From positions 83,728 through 147,727 of the forward strand of contig CAVWJN010000019.1 in the NCBI GenBank assembly GCA_963755255.1: a DNA stretch of 64,000 bases. The letters are read 5' to 3'. The notes below the pieces were generated by a model, which did no database searches, was not told where the DNA came from, and saw only the letters and a program-made list of their open reading frames with translations. Below are positions 19,721-31,093 of the stretch, piece by piece (positions within the stretch are counted from its first letter, which is position 1; every line of letters begins with the position of its first letter). The stretch comes from an uncultured Actinomycetes bacterium (GTDB lineage: Bacteria; Actinomycetota; Thermoleophilia; Gaiellales; Gaiellaceae). The translations under genes and the position numbers were made by a program.

Positions 19721-20787
19721 TCGGCTCCCCCTGGCTCACCTCCTTTCCGGTGTTTGAGCCAGTCGAGCACGAGCACCTGGATGGTCCCGGCGATGGGGAT
19801 CGCGCCGAGCGCACCGAGCACGCCGGCCAGCGAGGCGCCGATCAGAACGGCCATGAGCACGATCAACGGCGAGAGCTGCACTGTCCGCCCGTACACGAGT
19901 GGCTGCAGCAGGTGGTTCTCGATCTGCTGGTAGACGATGAAGAAGATCAGCACGATCAGGCCCGGCCAGATCCCGTCGGTGCTCAGGAAGGTAACCGTCG
20001 TGACGACGATGGCCGCGATCGTCGCCCCGACAAGCGGCACGAGGTCGAGCAACGCGACCAGCAGGCCGAGGGCGAGCGCGAACTCCACCCCGACGATCCA
20101 CAACATGAGGCCCGAGGTGATGCCTGCGACGATGCTGATGAAGAGGTTGCCCGTGACGTAGCCGCCGACGGCCTTCGCGATGTCTCCGAAGATCCCGCGC
20201 AGGCGCCGCTCGGTGGCCGGGGAGAAGAGCGAGTAGAAGCGGTTCAGCCACGTCGGGCCCTCGAGCAGCATGAAGTACGTGAGGGCGATGATCGTGATGA
20301 CGGCGGCCACGATCGTCACCACGCCCTTCGTGATCGAGATCGCCGTACCGGAGAGGCCGAAGACCTTGCTGGCGCCACCCTCCGCGACGGCCTCACGGAT
20401 CCGCTCGACGATGTGGTACTTCGTCTCCAGGAAGCCGAATCGACCCCTGCCCTTCGTGAGGTCGTCGATGTAGTCGGGCACCTTCTGAGCGAACTCGTTC
20501 ACCTGATCGACGAGTTGCGGGACGACAAGCCAGCCGATCAGACCGATCACTCCCGCCACGCCGAGCGACGTGAGGGCGACGGCGTAGCCACGTCTGCGTA
20601 TGCCGCGCTCCTGGAGCCAGTCGACGGCCGGGCTGAGCGCGATCGCGAGGAAGAGCGCGACCAGGATCCAGGTCAACACCTGGCGCGTGATCAAGAGCAC
20701 TTGCAGCAACGCAAAGACGCCGATCACGATCCCCAGCACGGCGAACACCGTCCGCACGGGAAAACGGATCGCCCGCTCGGGGATCAC
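19717..20787 (-). CDS. AI-2E family transporter (PerM/UPF0118)
   Basis: From GTG 20787 within ORF 19717..21021. It has about 8 TM segments and family-typical blocks (LLDLVPLVGATIAAI, IENHLLQPLVYG). The frame is intact. Confidence 0.85.
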   Translation of the reverse strand: MIPERAIRFPVRTVFAVLGIVIGVFALLQVLLITRQVLTWILVALFLAIALSPAVDWLQERGIRRRGYAVALTSLGVAGVIGLIGWLVVPQLVDQVNEFAQKVPDYIDDLTKGRGRFGFLETKYHIVERIREAVAEGGASKVFGLSGTAISITKGVVTIVAAVITIIALTYFMLLEGPTWLNRFYSLFSPATERRLRGIFGDIAKAVGGYVTGNLFISIVAGITSGLMLWIVGVEFALALGLLVALLDLVPLVGATIAAIVVTTVTFLSTDGIWPGLIVLIFFIVYQQIENHLLQPLVYGRTVQLSPLIVLMAVLIGASLAGVLGALGAIPIAGTIQVLVLDWLKHRKGGEPGGAE

Positions 20788-20835
20788 CGCCCTAGCATCG
20801 CGCCGCCGTCGGACGGATAGACGGTAGGGTGGCGC

Positions 20836-21298
20836 GTGTCCACGGCGATCCTGCACACGAGCGAGGGCGAGATCCACGTGGAGCTGCTCGACGAGCAGGC
20901 GCCCGAGACGGTCGGGAACTTCAAGAAGCTCGCCGGCGAAGGCTTCTACGACGGGCTGACGCTTCCACCGCGTGATCGAGGACTTCATGATCCAGGGTGG
21001 CTGCCCACGCGGCGACGGCACGGGCGACCCGGGTTACAAGTTCGACGACGAGCAAGGCGCGCTCGAGCTTCCCGTCGACCGTGGGGCGCTCGCGATGGCG
21101 AACTCCGGGCCGAACACGAACGGCAGCCAGTTCTTCATCGTCACCGCCGACGAGTGCGCCTGGCTCAACGGCAAGCACGCGGTGTTCGGCCGGGTCACCG
21201 ACGGCATGGACGTCGCGGACGCGATCTCCCGCGCCGACTCGGACGCACGCGACGCGCCGGTCACGCCGGTGACGATCGACCGCGTCGAGCTCGTCTAG
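20836..21298 (+). CDS. ppiB: Cytosolic cyclophilin-type peptidyl-prolyl isomerase (frameshifted as given, near 20962)
   Basis: [42 protein letters not shown], then an extra base, then [28 protein letters not shown] in ORF 20972..21298. Confidence 0.88.
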
Positions 21299-21316
21299 CT
21301 CCGTTCAGCTCGCCGA

Positions 21317-21342
21317 GTTTCGCGCACGCCCCCGCCGGGAAC
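21317..21342 (+). promoter_or_regulatory. Weak SigB/F-like promoter candidate GTTTCG-N14-GGGAAC upstream of the CBS gene
   Basis: Motif match only. The -10 ends in C rather than T. It lies 30 nt upstream of the start at 21372. Confidence 0.25.
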
Positions 21343-21371
21343 GCGTTTCTCCATACCACTCGAAGGAGGAC

Positions 21372-21794
21372 GTGATGGGAAGCACCAAGGTGCGCGACTC
21401 GATGACCGCCAACCCGATGGCGATCGAGGCTGATCAACCCGTCGTGAAGGCGGCAGAGCTCATGGCGAAGGAAAACGTCGGCTCGTTACCGGTCGTCGAG
21501 AACGGGGATCTCGTCGGGATCGTCACCGACCGCGACCTCGTGATCCAGGTCGTCGCCCGCGGGCTCGACCCCAAGACCGTCAAGGTGACTGATGTCTACA
21601 CGGAGAAGCCCGTGGTCGCCACGCCGGACGAGCCGCTCGACCAGGCGCTGCAGCGGATGGCCGAGGAGCAGGTGCGCCGGCTGCCGGTCGTCTCCGACGG
21701 GGAGCTGGTCGGGATGCTCGCGCAGGCAGACGTCGCCCGCTCGGCGGACGCCGAGTCGACCGGCCAGATGGTGGAGGAGATCTCCCAGAAGTAG
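21372..21794 (+). CDS. CBS domain pair protein
   Basis: Intact 140-aa ORF with two CBS repeats (VGSLPVVENGDLVGIVTDRDL; VRRLPVVSDGELVGMLAQADV). AGGAGG lies upstream of the start. Confidence 0.85.
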   Translation: MMGSTKVRDSMTANPMAIEADQPVVKAAELMAKENVGSLPVVENGDLVGIVTDRDLVIQVVARGLDPKTVKVTDVYTEKPVVATPDEPLDQALQRMAEEQVRRLPVVSDGELVGMLAQADVARSADAESTGQMVEEISQK

Positions 21795-21854
21795 GGCCGG
21801 ACGCCCCTCTGGCGTGCCTGGCCTGGGCGGAGCCGAGGCGTCCGGGGACGCGAG

Positions 21855-21925
<71 letters not shown>

Positions 21926-21951
21926 GTCGGTTCGCTGCCACGATAGCCAGC

Positions 21952-22720
21952 GTGGACACGATCCGGTGGGACTTCCCTCACGAGCTGTTCGTCCTCGGCG
22001 GGCTCGCGGGCACTTACGCAATCGGCGTGCGCGGAGAGCTCGTCCCGCGCTGGCGTCTCGCGTGCTTCGGCGGCGGGTTGCTACTCGTCCTCTCAGCCGC
22101 CGGCACGCCGCTCGACTCGCTCGCGACGACGTCGCTGCTCAGCGCCCACCTGCTCCAGAACGTCGTGTTCGCGGAGTGGGCGCCCGCGCTCGTCGTGCTC
22201 GGCGTGCCGGCCGGCCTTGCCGCCCGCGCTCGGTCGTCGCCGGCTCATTCGTGTGCTCACGCATCCGGCGGTGGCACTGCCGCTGTGGCTCGCGACGTAC
22301 GCCGCCTGGCATCTGCCTGCCGCCTACGACGCGGCACTTCGTCATCAGTCGAGCCTGCTCCACCTCGAGCACGCGAGCTACTTCGCGACCGGCCTCCTCT
22401 TCTGGTGGCCGGTGCTCCAGGACGCGCCACATCGGCTCTCGGCCGGCGCGAGGGCCGCCTACGTCCTGGCCGCGTTCGTCCTCGCCGCGCCGATCGGCAT
22501 CGTGCTCTCGCTCGTGTCGAGCCCGGCATATGACTTCTACGCGGCCGCGCCGGACATGTGGGGGCTGTCCGATCTCGCCGACCAGCAGATCGCCGGCGTG
22601 ACGATGTCCGTCGAGCAGGCCGTCGTCTTCTTCTGCGTGGCGGCGTTCTTCGTCCTTCGCCAGCTCCGCTCGGAGGAGGCGCGCGAGACACGGCTCGAAG
22701 AGACCTCGCAAATTGCGTGA
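21952..22720 (+). CDS. ctaG: Cytochrome c oxidase assembly factor CtaG-like membrane protein (frameshifted as given, near 22215)
   Basis: The N-terminal half is in ORF 21592..22533 (SAHLLQNVVFAEWAPALVVLGVP). The C-terminal half is in ORF 22217..22720 (LLHLEHASYFATGLLFWWPVLQD..ADQQIAGVTM). Confidence 0.7.
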
Positions 22721-22893
22721 ACTTTCTCTGCGAGGGGTCTTGCGCCGGGCGCCGGGAATCCCTAGTGTCGTGATTGCGCCGAGCACGGAGCGCGAGTAGG
22801 TCGAAGCTCAACCGGATGGCCGTACGGGCAATCGGAAGGTCAGTCGGTTGGGTGGACGAAAGCGAAACCGGCTCGGCGAAACTTTGGTCCCGT

Positions 22894-23810
22894 TTAGTCG
22901 AGCCAGCGGGCAGCAGCCGTCGAGCTCGTCGCGCTCGTCGTCCGTCAAGCCTCGCAGCGGCGCGCGGACGTCCTCCGAGATCGGCACGCCGCGACGGCCC
23001 AGCACGTGCTTGAGCGCCGCGTGCCGCGGAAAGCGCTCGATCGCCGCGCGCAGCTCGGCGAGACCGGCGGCGCGCTCGTCAGACGGCTCGCGAACGCAGG
23101 CGGCGACGAGCTCGGGAAACGCCGTCGCGAGCGCCGACACGGCGCCCACGGCCCCTGCGCCGACGCCGCGCGCGATCAGGGCCTCGGGGCCGACGAACAC
23201 GTCCAGGCCCTCGATGAGATACGGCTCGAAGCGCTCCCAGGGCGTGTCCGACACCTTCAGGCCGGCGAGGTTCGGCGCGCGGTCACGGAGCTCCGAGACG
23301 ACTTCCGGAGGTACCGCGTACCCGCTCGTCGACGCGAACTCGTAGACGTAGAAGGGCGTGGGCGCGCACGCAGTAGCGGCTGCTGTGAAGTGCTCGAGCA
23401 GGGCATCGTCGTCCAGCTTGAAGTACGGCGGAGCGATCACGGCGATCCCGGCCACACCGAGACCGGCAGCGTGCTCGGCGAGCGTCACGGTGTCGGCGGT
23501 CGTCTGGGCTCCGCAGTGCACCGCGACCTGCAAGCGCCCGGCGGCTGCCGTCACGAAGAGCTCGGCCACGCGGCGGCGCTCTTCGACGGAGAGGAGGATG
23601 CCCTCACCCGTGGTGCCGAGAGCGAGCAGCCCAAGCCCGGTCCAGTCCGGCCCCGCGCCAGGAAGTCGACGCAGCGCGGCCAGTGTCCGAACCGGCCGCT
23701 TCGTAGCGCCTCGGGGCGTCGCTGGCAGACGGCAGCGGCGGGCGCAGGACAGTCGCAGCGTCGCCGCGCAGGCGCTGCGCCAGCGCGCAGGCCGGAGGGC
23801 GGCTTCACCG
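22894..23810 (-). CDS. Dihydrodipicolinate synthase/N-acetylneuraminate lyase family protein (frameshifted at both ends as given)
   Basis: The core is in ORF 22808..24244 (LALGTTGEGILLSVEERRRV.., IAVIAPPYF, LAGLKVSD Schiff-base Lys region). The N-terminal ~40 aa are scattered over other frames. The likely true stop is TAA at 22894-22896, in a neighbouring frame. Confidence 0.6.
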
Positions 23811-23829
23811 CTGGCCGCGCCGACAGGGC

Positions 23830-24482
23830 GACTAGCGACCGCAGAGAAGTGCTGGTAGTCCTGGACGGAGCCCGACCAGCGTCCGCCCCATCCCCAGCCG
23901 ATCGCGTCGAACGCACGGACGAGCACGCCGCCGTCCACGGCCATGCCCTTGCGTGTGGGCTGCCGGGAGACGTACGAGCGACTCGCGTCGTGGTACACGC
24001 GCCCGTTCTCCACGTACGGGTTCTCGATCGGGTTGACGTCGATGGCGCGGCCGTACGCGTGCTCCGACCAGCTGCTCGAGCCCGTCGCACGGCGGCAGTT
24101 GAACGCCGACGTGTTGTCGGCCTCGATCGAGCGGAAGTCGCTCCCGCCGTAGGCGTCGATGGGCACCAGCTTCCGGACGCGGAACCGCGCCTCATAGAGG
24201 CGCCGGAACACCGTGCGCAGCGGGCTCGCCGCCGTCTCGTGCACGACCAGCCGTCCGGTACGGCGCCGCCCGTCGAACCCCCAGTGACTGACCGTGAGCA
24301 GCCGCAGGTCGGCGAGCGGAACCGGGCAGCCGGGCCGCCACGAGACACCCGGTCATCCGTTCGCGCTGCGCGGCAGAGAGCGGCGCGATCTTCGCGACGA
24401 ACGGCGGCGTGGCCGCCGTCGCCCCGGTCGCCATGGCCGCTACCGCAACGGCGAATCCGAGTGCGAGAGCATTTCGAGTCAT
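23830..24482 (-). CDS. Secreted M15 family (VanY-like) D-Ala-D-Ala carboxypeptidase (frameshifted as given, near 24345; 3' end uncertain)
   Basis: ATG 24482 with a signal peptide (MTRNALALGFAVAVAAMATGATA) in ORF 24192..24653. The catalytic part is in ORF 22808..24244 (SEHAYGRAIDVNPIENPY.., WGWGGRWSGSVQDYQHFS). Confidence 0.7.
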
Positions 24483-24490
24483 TGGTCGAG

Positions 24491-24565
24491 TCGGGACGGG
24501 GAGATTCGAACTCCCGGCCTCCTGCTCCCAAAGCAGGCGCGCTAACCAGGCTGCGCTACGTCCCG
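24491..24565 (-). tRNA. tRNA-Pro (anticodon UGG)
   Basis: The reverse complement is CGGGACGTAGCGCAGCCTGGTTAGCGCGCCTGCTTTGGGAGCAGGAGGCCGGGAGTTCGAATCTCCCCGTCCCGA. The anticodon loop is TTTGGGA. Confidence 0.9.
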
Positions 24566-24612
24566 AGACCATCAGTGTACGAGCGGACGCGGAGGAAGCT
24601 AGGGTCGCCGCC

Positions 24613-25565
24613 ATGGTCGACACGCCGTACCTGCCCACCGAGGGCGTGCGCACCGCCCGCGGGCCGGGGGTCGGCTACCTGATGGTGATGGGTGCCGCGG
24701 TGCTGTTCGCCGTCAACGGCACCGTCTCGAAGGTCGTGCTCGAGTCCGGCGTCACCTCGCTCCGCCTCACGCAGATCCGCTGCGCGGGCGCGCTCGTCGG
24801 GCTCGGGTTGATCGTTCTCCTCGCGCGCCCGCAGAGCCTCCGCACGACACGCCGTGAGCTCGCGTTCCTCGTCGTCTTCGGCGTCTGCGGCGTGGCTCTC
24901 GTCCAGCTCTTCTACTTCGCCGCCATCGCGCAGGCTCGAGATCGGCGTGTCGCTGCTCATCCAGTACACCGCGCCGTTGCTCGTCGCGCTCTGGGCGCGA
25001 TTCGTGTTCAAGGAACGAGTGCGCAGCCGCGTGTGGGCGGCGCTCGCGCTCGCGCTCGTCGGCCTGTCGGTGATGGTGGACGTCTGGGGCGGCGTGCCGC
25101 TGAACACGGCCGGTGTCGTCCTGTCGTTCATCTCCGCCGCGACGTTCGCCGCGTACCTCTTGCTCGCGGAGCACGCGGTCGGGCGGCGCGACCCGTTCTC
25201 GCTGCTCGTCTACGGCTTCCTCTTCGCCAGCCTCTTCTGGGCGGTCGCGCAGCCCTGGTGGAGCTTCCCGCGAGACGAGCTCGCCGAGACGATCTCGCTG
25301 CTCGGAAACCTCAGTGGCACCGAGCTTCCGGCCTGGGCGCTGGTGCTCGCCATCGTCGTGCTGGGGACGATCGTCCCTTTCACGCTCATGGTCGGCTCGC
25401 TGCAACACCTGCCCGCGACCACGGTCGGCATGGTGGCGATGCTCGAGCCGGTGCTCGGCGCGCTCGTCGCCTATCTCTGGCTGGACGAGTCGCTCGCGGC
25501 TCAGCAGCTGCGTCGGCGGAGCGATCGTGCTCGCCGCGATCTTCCTCGCGCAAACGTCGCGCTGA
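24613..25565 (+). CDS. EamA/DMT family transporter (frameshifted as given at ~24935 and ~25505)
   Basis: The 10-TM pattern is spread over ORFs 24409..25800, 24854..25612 and 25113..25565 (LFAVNGTVSKVVLE.., LLIQYTAPLLVALWARFVFKE, MLEPVLGALVAYLWLDE). Confidence 0.75.
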
Positions 25566-25671
25566 GCGATCCTTGTTACACCCTCTTTACATTCGCAGCG
25601 GGACCGTTGTAGGGTCGGCGCACTGGGCGATGCACACCACGGCTCGGCGAGAGCCAGCGGTGGTGAGCAGT

Positions 25672-25722
25672 CAGGGTGAAGCCCGCCGCGAGCGACCCCC
25701 CGGAGCGGCGGGCTTTACCCTG
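25672..25722. terminator. Strong hairpin (18-bp stem with one G-U) between convergent EamA and ileS genes
   Basis: CAGGGTGAAGCCCGCCGC-N15-GCGGCGGGCTTTACCCTG, followed by TTTC on the plus strand. It overlaps the last codons of the ileS frame as read. Confidence 0.6.
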
Positions 25723-28700
25723 TTTCGCAGGCACTCAGGCTTTCTGAATCGCCTAACGCGTTGCCCGCGCCCACCTCGAGCGCGAGCGTCTCCTCCTTGA
25801 TCCAGTCCTCGTACTCGAGGAGATCAGCGTCTTCGGGCCCGAGCGTGACGACGATGCGGTCGGTCAGCTCGAGGCCCGAGCTCGCGGCGCATGGCGTTGA
25901 TGTGGTGGATGAGCTCGCGGGCACGCCCTTCGCGCAGCAGCTCGTCGTCGAGCGCCGTGTCGAGCGCAACGGAGAGCTCGCCGTCCTGCGCGAGGGCAAA
26001 GCCGTCGCCGGCGGAGGCTTCGCCGCGCAGGACGTCGTCAGGACCGAGCTCCTCGCCGGCGACGCGTACGCCGCCTCCCGGCAGCTCCTCGTAGTCACCG
26101 GCGTCGAGCGCTGACTTGACCTCCCGTAGCCTCGCGCCGAGCCGCGGCCCCAGCAGCGGCAGGTTGGGCTTGAGCTGCGAGCGGACGACCGGGCCTTCGT
26201 CGAAGACGCACTTCCTTGACGTTGAGCTCCTCGCCGATCTCGCCCACGTGCCCGGTGGCGCCGTTCGCGCCACGGACGTACGCGCGCCGCAGCGGCTGCC
26301 GCAGCTTGATGCCCGCGTCACCCCGGGCCTGATGGCCGAGCTCGACGACCCGCCGCACGTCCGCCACCTCGGCCAGCAGCTGTTCGTCGATCTCGCCCGC
26401 CTCCGGCCAGCCCGCGAGGAAGACCGAGTCCGGCGCGTCATCGCACGCGTCTCCGACGAGGTTCCGCCACAGGTGGTCGGCGAGGAACGGCATCACCGGG
26501 GAGATGACGCGGACCGCCTGCACGAGCGCCCACCAGAGCGTTTCCAGCGCGGCCGTGTCGCTCGACCAGAAGCGGCGCCGAGAGCGGCGGATGTACCAGT
26601 TCGAGAGGTCGTCGACGAAGCTCTCGAACGCGCGCGTCACGTCCGGCGTCCAGTAGCGCTCGTACGCGTCCTCGACGTCGGCGAGCAGGCGGTCGTGCGC
26701 GCCACGAGCCAGCGGTCGAGCGGCTGCTCGGCCTCCGGCGCCTTGCCCCACTCCGGTCGCCAACCCTCGATGTTCGCGTACGTGACGAAGAACGACGTCG
26801 AGTTCCAGAGCGTCAGCAACCGGCGCTTCGCCTCGTGCGCCGGGCCCGTAGCCGAAGCGGATGTTCTGGCTCGGCACCTGCTCGGAGTAGAGCCAGCGCA
26901 TGACGTCGGCGCCCATGCGGTCGAGCGCCTCGTCGGCCGCGATGGCGTTGCCCCAGGAGCGGTGCATCTCCCGCCCCGTCTCGTCCAGGAGCTTCTCGTA
27001 CGTGAGCACCCGGCGGTACGGCGAGCGCCCGATCGAGCGTCACCGACATGAAGGAGATGCGCGTAGAACCAGAGCCGGATCTGCTCGCGCATCTCCGACA
27101 CGAGGTCGGCCGGGAACCACTGCTCCCAGTGCCGTGGTCCGGCAGGTCGGCTGTCGTCAGGCCTTCCGCGGCGCCGGTCGCGTAGCCGCCGCGGGATGTA
27201 GCCCGCCTCGTTGTCCCAGCCGAGCGTCGACAGCGGAACGATGCCGGCGTCGAGCCAGGCGTCACCCACCTCGGGCACGCGCCTGACCTCCTCACCGCAG
27301 ACCGCGCAGGCGATGATCACGTCGTCGATCCACGGCCGGTGCAGCTCGCGTAGCCCGTCGAAGCCGCGCAGCGCACGCTGCTCCAGCTCGTCCTTCGAGC
27401 CGATCACCGTCAGGTGGCCGCAGGCACACGGGTAGAACGGAAGCGGCAGGCCGAAGTAGCGCTTGCGGGAGATGTTCCAGTCGCCCATGTTGCGCAGCCA
27501 GTCGTCCATGCGCTTCTGGTAGAAGGCCGGCGTCCATTCGACCGTCGCGTTGGCGTCGAGCATCGGCTGCCGGATCTCCTCGGCGGAGATGAACCAGTCG
27601 TCCACGACTCGGAAGAGCAGCGGCGTCTTGCAGCGCCAGCACGTCGGGTAGCGGTGAACGATCCGTCCTGCCTCCACGAGCAGGCCCTGTTCGCGAAGCG
27701 CCTCGACGATCGGCTCCTCGGCGAGCTCGGCGGAGAGGCCGGCGAGCGGCCCGTACGTGTCGTAGAAGATGCCCGACTCGTCGATCGGCACGAGGACGGG
27801 CAGCCCGTGGACACGGCCGAGCTCGAAGTCCTCGGAGCCCGCGCCGGTCGCGATGTGGACGATGCCTGTGCCCTCGTCGAGCGAGACCTCGTCCCAGGGG
27901 ATGACGCGGTGCTCGACCTCTGCCGCTGCGGCCAGGTGGTCGAACGGGCCGCGGTACGGGCGCCCCACCAGCTCCTCGCCGCGCACGCGCTCGACGAACT
28001 CCGCGTCAGGTAGGCGCTCGGCAGCCCACCACTCCCCCTCGGCGGTCCGCCCGTACTCGGCGTCCGGCCGCACGGCCGCGGCGACGTTTGCCGGGAGCGT
28101 CCACGGCGTCGTCGTCCACACGACGAGCGACTCGCCCTCGCGGTCGGTCAACGGGAAGCGGACGTAGAGCGACGGGTGGTCGAGCTCGCGGTACTCGCCG
28201 GAGTAGACCTCGTGCTGGGAGATCGACGTGCCGCAACGCGGGCACCACTGCGTCGCCCGGTGTCCCTGGTAGAGCCAATCGCGCTCGTGCACGACCTTGA
28301 GGAAGCGCCAGATGTACTCGATGTTCGTGTCGGAGAACGTGTAGTAGTCGGCGCCCCAGTCCATCCAGCGGCCAAGCCGACGATCTTGTTCGATGATCAG
28401 CTTCGCGTAGTCGGCGACGCGCTCCCGGCAGCGGTCGGCGAACTCGGCGAGGCCGTACTCCTCGATCTCGCGCTTCGAGTTGAGGCCGAGAGACTTCTCC
28501 ACCTCGACCTCGACCCAGAGGCCCTGACAGTCGAAGCCGTTCTGGTAGCGCTGGTCGTGGCCGCGCAGCGCCTTGTAGCGCTGGAAGAGATCCTTGAGCG
28601 TTCGGCCCCACGCGTGGTGGGCGCCCATCGCGTTGTTGGCGGTGATGGGGCCGTCGATGAAGCTGAAACGAGGGCCACCGCGGTTCTGCTCGCGGAGGCG

Positions 28701-28796
28701 ATCGAACGTGCGCTCTGCTTCCCAGCGCGCGAGCACGTCCCGTTCCAGCTCGGGATGATCGGGGACACGCGGAAGTGGCGTGAACACGCCTGGCAT
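25715..28796 (-). CDS. ileS: Isoleucine--tRNA ligase, long actinobacterial-type form (at least 8 frameshifts as given)
   Basis: The N-terminal 2/3 is in ORF 26637..28796 (class I HIGH region ITANNAMGAHHAWGR, editing domain, zinc-type CWRCKTP). The remainder alternates between ORFs 26813..27295, 26095..27009, 26637.., 25824..26441 and 25715..26098. Confidence 0.92.
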
Positions 28797-28886
28797 AGGC
28801 GAAGTCTACGGCGGGAAGCAGAACGGCCGTGCGGCCGTTTAGGCTCTTGGAAGTTGTCCGATAACGGCTACGAGAAAGCGAGCATC

Positions 28887-29228
28887 ATGGAATCCGTGAA
28901 CAACGAGACCTTCGAGACGGAAGTCCTGCAGAGCGAGACCCCGGTCCTCGTCGACTTCTGGGCCGAGTGGTGTGGCCCGTGCCACGCCGTCGCGCCTGTG
29001 CTGGAGCAGATGGCCGAGGAGCGCGAAGGCGAGCTAAAGGTCGTGAAGCTGAACATCGACGAGGAGCAGGAGCTCGCCATGCAGTTCGGCGTGATGTCCA
29101 TCCCGACGATGATCCTCTTCCGCGACGGCGAGCCGGCAGCTGCCGTCACCGGCGCGCAGCCGAAGGGCGCCATCGAGCGCGCGCTCGGCCTCGAGCCGGT
29201 CGCTACGGCGTCAACTCAAGAGGCGTAA
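28887..29228 (+). CDS. trxA: Thioredoxin
   Basis: ATG 28887 within ORF 28176..29228. 113 aa with canonical FWAEWCGPCH and the SIPTMILF cis-Pro loop. The frame is intact. Confidence 0.93.
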   Translation: MESVNNETFETEVLQSETPVLVDFWAEWCGPCHAVAPVLEQMAEEREGELKVVKLNIDEEQELAMQFGVMSIPTMILFRDGEPAAAVTGAQPKGAIERALGLEPVATASTQEA

Positions 29229-30152
29229 GGCAGGAGCGGTACGTCTGCTTGCTCTTCGGCTTCGGGGCCGAGGTCCCACTTGGACCCGCCGAGGCTGTTG
29301 AAGTAGGCGGCGAGCACGATCGCCGGCTTCGCCTTGATGAAGTCGCAGATGTACTTCACGAACTCGGGCTGGTCGACTGACACGCCCCACTCGGGGAAGG
29401 AGTACCGCTTCCCGTGGGACCGGGCGAAGGCATAGAGCTGCTCGTTCGCCGCGCGCGAGAAGTCGACTCCTTCTCCGTACATGTCGTTGCCCACGAGGTC
29501 GACGTACTTGTCCCCCGGGTAAAAGGTCATCCAGCCGCCCACGCCGGCCAGCGGGTTCCAGATCACCGTGAGCTTGCCCTTCGGGTTGGGCGGAAGATCC
29601 TCCTTCACCGTGAGGAACGGGAGCCCAAGTCGCTTGAGGGCGACATCGATCTTCACCCGCGGGCCGCCGTGGAGGATCAGGAAGATGCGGGCGAAGGCCT
29701 TCCGGTACGCCTCGGTCGACATGCCCGCCCCTTTCGAGGGGTGGTACAGGGCATTCGGGTTGTTCATCTCCGCCATCGGCCGCACGTAGACGAGGCTGCC
29801 GAAGCCGTTGATCGACTTGTTGAGGTAGACCAGATACGCGTCGCCCTGGCCGTTTGCGATCTGCTGCATCGAGATCCTCGCCCGCCGCGTGGCTCCCGGC
29901 CCGCCGATGCCCAGATGGATCATGGGAATCGGGGTGAGCTGCGGGAGGAACACGGGCAGCCTGTGTTCCCCACGACATGCCCTGCTGCCAGCCCAGGAAG
30001 ACGTGCTTGATGGCCGACTTCTGTCCCGTCTGGGCCTGGAAGCGCGCCGGGTCGCCGGTGATCCCGAGCAGGACCTTCGCGACCTCGGGGCGGGCGCCCG
30101 CGCCTGGCGCCAGCGCCAGCAGCACGACCGCGACGGCCATGAGTCGCTTCAT
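29216..30152 (-). CDS. Secreted glycoside hydrolase, GH26-like fold (frameshifted as given, near 29955)
   Basis: ATG 30152 with a signal peptide (MKRLMAVAVVLLALAPGAGA) in ORF 29211..30776. The body is in ORF 29216..29953 (FYPGDKYVDLVGNDMY, SFPEWGVS). The family call is from motif recall and is not certain. Confidence 0.55.
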
Positions 30153-30653
30153 CGGCCGGGAGCGTAGCGCCTTCACGACGTTCGCTGAAAGCAATCTCCT
30201 CATCGGGTGGAAGGTCGTCGATCGGGAACCAGCGGAACTCGGCGACATCGTCCGCGGGAGTCGGCTCGCCCGAGGCAATCCGAGCGTGCCAGTAGAGGTT
30301 GAGCGTGGCCGAGGCGTCCTCGGCGCCGCCGTAGCGGTCTGCCCACGCGCCGGCGAACTGCGAGCGGCTCGATCTCGACGCCGGCCTCCTCGCGCAGCTC
30401 TCGCCGTAACCCGTCGAGTGGCTCTTCGTCCACTCTCCAGGAAGCCGCCGGGGAGATCCCACTTCCCCGCCTCGGGCTCGAACTTGCGCCGTGCGAGCAG
30501 GATCCGGCCGTCGTCGCCGGTCACGAGAGCGCTCACGGTCGGCTCGGGGCCGGCGTAGGCAGTGAAGCCGCACTCGCCGCACGTCGCGGCCCGGCCGTCG
30601 TTCTCGAGGGCCGCGGCGCAGCGCGGACAGTGCTTCCAGCCGACGAGACGCAT
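30150..30653 (-). CDS. NUDIX hydrolase with N-terminal zinc ribbon (NudC-like architecture) (at least 2 frameshifts as given; 3' end uncertain)
   Basis: MRLVGWKHCPRCAAAL..CGECGF zinc ribbon. The Nudix box GGFLE.GEEPLDGLRRELREEAGVE is split over ORFs 29211..30776 and 30200..30433. The C-terminal part is in ORF 29920..30909. Confidence 0.65.
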
Positions 30654-30702
30654 CACGCGGCGCAAGAATACGGCTGTGAGCCCCCGCCACGTCCCCGCCA
30701 CC

Positions 30703-31056
30703 GTGACCGAGCTGACGCGGTGCGAGCTGCTCGCGGAGCTGCCGGGCGAGCGGCTGAACGAGCTGGCGAAGCGCATGACGCGCGAGGAGCTGCCGGCCGG
30801 CGCCGCGCCCGTCGTCGAGGGCGAGGAGGGCGACCGCTTCTACGTCGTGCTGTCCGGTGTGCTGGCGGCGAGCAAGTTCGGAGGGCGAGGCGCCGCGGGC
30901 GTCCTGCACCCCGGCGCGTACTTCGGAGAGGTGTCGCTGGCCATGGGCGTGCCGCGCACGGCGTCCGTGAGGGCGATGACGCCGGCGGTCGTCGCGAGCT
31001 GCGACAAGGCGACGTTCGACGAGTTCATCCGCCCGCTCTTCGCCGACGACGAGTGA
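30703..31056 (+). CDS. Stand-alone cyclic-nucleotide-binding domain protein
   Basis: GTG 30703 within ORF 30562..31056. It has the CAP-effector-type motifs GDRFYVVLSG and YFGEVSLAMGVPRTASVRA. About 117 aa with no output domain. Confidence 0.7.
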   Translation: MTELTRCELLAELPGERLNELAKRMTREELPAGAAPVVEGEEGDRFYVVLSGVLAASKFGGRGAAGVLHPGAYFGEVSLAMGVPRTASVRAMTPAVVASCDKATFDEFIRPLFADDE

Positions 31057-31093
31057 GCTGCAGCCTCGACGCGTCGCCGGTCGGCACCTGTCC

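Noticed and set aside
22808-24244. A single 478-aa ORF that looks like a novel M15 peptidase-DapA fusion protein.
   Set aside because: The junction (about 23700-23850) is Arg/Ala-rich nonsense in this frame, while pieces of a normal DapA N-terminus appear in the other two frames. It is best explained as two adjacent genes merged by indels.
28797-28886. A possible T-box or other leader riboswitch upstream of ileS. T-box control of ileS is known in Actinomycetota. A 7-bp hairpin AACGGCC-GCAC-GGCCGTT lies at about 28828-28845.
   Set aside because: I could not find the conserved T-box sequence (..GGUGGNACCGCG..) or a specifier/antiterminator arrangement in the 90-nt spacer. The hairpin alone is not diagnostic.
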